From: a virus
Lineage: Duplodnaviria; Caudoviricetes
DNA length: 35,426 nucleotides
Virus record (IMG/VR): IMGVR_UViG_3300017743_000047
Location: 1 to 35,426 of that record
Strand: one strand, 5' to 3'
Shown: in pieces, positions 34,539 to 35,426 of the stretch
How the letters are laid out: the number at the start of each line of letters is the position of its first letter
Numbering within the stretch: the first letter of the stretch is position 1
Program-made: the position numbers and the translations under genes
The notes under the pieces: generated by a model
The model's input: only the letters and a program-made list of their open reading frames with translations
Database searches by the model: none
What the model was told of the DNA's origin: nothing

Positions 34539-35426
34539 TTAGTCCGCTATAATTTTCAATCTAAATCTGTCAGAAGTTAAATAATCTATCCAATTTTCAG
34601 TAGGACCTAAATAGTCAGATACTGTTTGTATTATTTGATTCTTATATTTATCATCTTGTAACATTTTTTTAAGCTTTGCTGTATCGTTTTCTCTTCTTAA
34701 GTCTGGTATAGATTCTATAGCTAAAGAAACAAAGTTGTTAACAATAGCTTGAGATTGAGGAGATTTACCTTTTGCTCCTTGTTCTGTAATATCAAACAAG
34801 GTAGGCTCTCCTGGCTTTCTATATAATGTTGAAGAAGCTAAATCATCCATTAAAACTTTTGCTCTTCTTGAAGTTTCAATTGCCCACAATTCTCTTTCTA
34901 ATTTTTCTTGTTTAACTGGGCTGTCTATAACAATGTTAAAATTCTCTGCAGTAATATTGTCTTTCTTAAAAACAGTGTTAGCTACCTGAGCTTTAAAGTC
35001 GTTTGACAATGTTTTATAGTACTCAAAAGCCTTATCTTTTGTATAGAAGTTGTCTCTTGTAAATCCAGTCATAGACATGTTTTGTTTATTTAAATCAGAT
35101 TGTATACCATCAGCACTAGGACCTCCTTTAGAAACAGCAGGACTTATTCCTAATTCTGTACCAAATCTATCTTTAGCAAAAGTCATTCTTCTATTAAAAT
35201 CTTCAATAGACATTCCTCCATTTGCAAGAAGGTCTACATATCCATCATAAGCAAAATCTTTTGATACTTTATTTTGGTCTTTTGAATATACAGGAATGCT
35301 AGGGTCATTACTAAACCAAATTGCATCGAATTCTGCAGCTGGATTTGATGGAACGTTTCTACCTGATGCAATATCCAATTTAAAGTCATCTATGCTTTTA
35401 AAAAATGAAGAATTTTCTGGTCTTAC
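34539..35426 (-). CDS. Probable internal virion protein (5' end outside the window)
   Basis: The frame stays open from the track's TTG at 35378 to the window edge (VRPENSSFFKSIDDFK). Confidence 0.7.
   Translation of the reverse strand, partial: VRPENSSFFKSIDDFKLDIASGRNVPSNPAAEFDAIWFSNDPSIPVYSKDQNKVSKDFAYDGYVDLLANGGMSIEDFNRRMTFAKDRFGTELGISPAVSKGGPSADGIQSDLNKQNMSMTGFTRDNFYTKDKAFEYYKTLSNDFKAQVANTVFKKDNITAENFNIVIDSPVKQEKLERELWAIETSRRAKVLMDDLASSTLYRKPGEPTLFDITEQGAKGKSPQSQAIVNNFVSLAIESIPDLRRENDTAKLKKMLQDDKYKNQIIQTVSDYLGPTENWIDYLTSDRFRLKIIAD

Noticed and set aside
3455-35250. Other overlapping or antisense track ORFs (e.g. 3455, 4745, 5574, 6520, 8986, 10363, 11063, 11335, 12879, 16379, 17522, 17949, 18116, 19171, 19999, 20715, 22153, 24354, 25405, 25693, 26912, 27609, 27900, 30332, 32749, 33076, 35050)
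   Set aside because: They overlap better-supported genes, and I saw no recognisable motif or convincing start signal.
1-35426. Alternative genetic code, DGR, intron or intein
   Set aside because: Genes tile densely under the standard code. No reverse transcriptase, template/variable repeat pair or insertion in TerL or DnaB was seen.

Overview
A 35.4-kb fragment of an AT-rich dsDNA tailed phage with podovirus-like organisation. Several gene families resemble, from memory, those of uncultured marine phages; the host cannot be determined. Both window ends cut minus-strand structural genes, so the genome probably wraps around through missing sequence. The minus-strand arm 15718->1 encodes an HEXXH peptidase, an Nmad1/DUF1599-like protein, an RNase H-fold exonuclease, TerS, a gamma-glutamyl cyclotransferase, TerL, portal, scaffold, major capsid, five tiny hyper-basic proteins (four missed by the ORF track), adaptor-like proteins and a tail fibre (also missed). 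Putative ejection proteins occupy 35426->28492. The plus-strand arm 16341->28491 encodes small early genes, a class II glutamine amidotransferase plus a Zn-finger amidoligase, an RHH regulator, a Cas4-like exonuclease, a Rad52/Sak-like annealase, SSB, a resolvase and DnaB; no polymerase, primase or integrase is visible. Highlights: (1) an amidotransferase/amidoligase/cyclotransferase system split between the early and late strands; (2) strong GAC/GTC enrichment concentrated in the early region; (3) several multi-stem intergenic RNAs, one with an anti-Shine-Dalgarno loop directly upstream of the amidotransferase; (4) a duplicated hairpin element with a compensatory change; (5) a translationally coupled cassette of protamine-like micro-proteins. 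All calls come from reading motifs by eye; no database searches were run.
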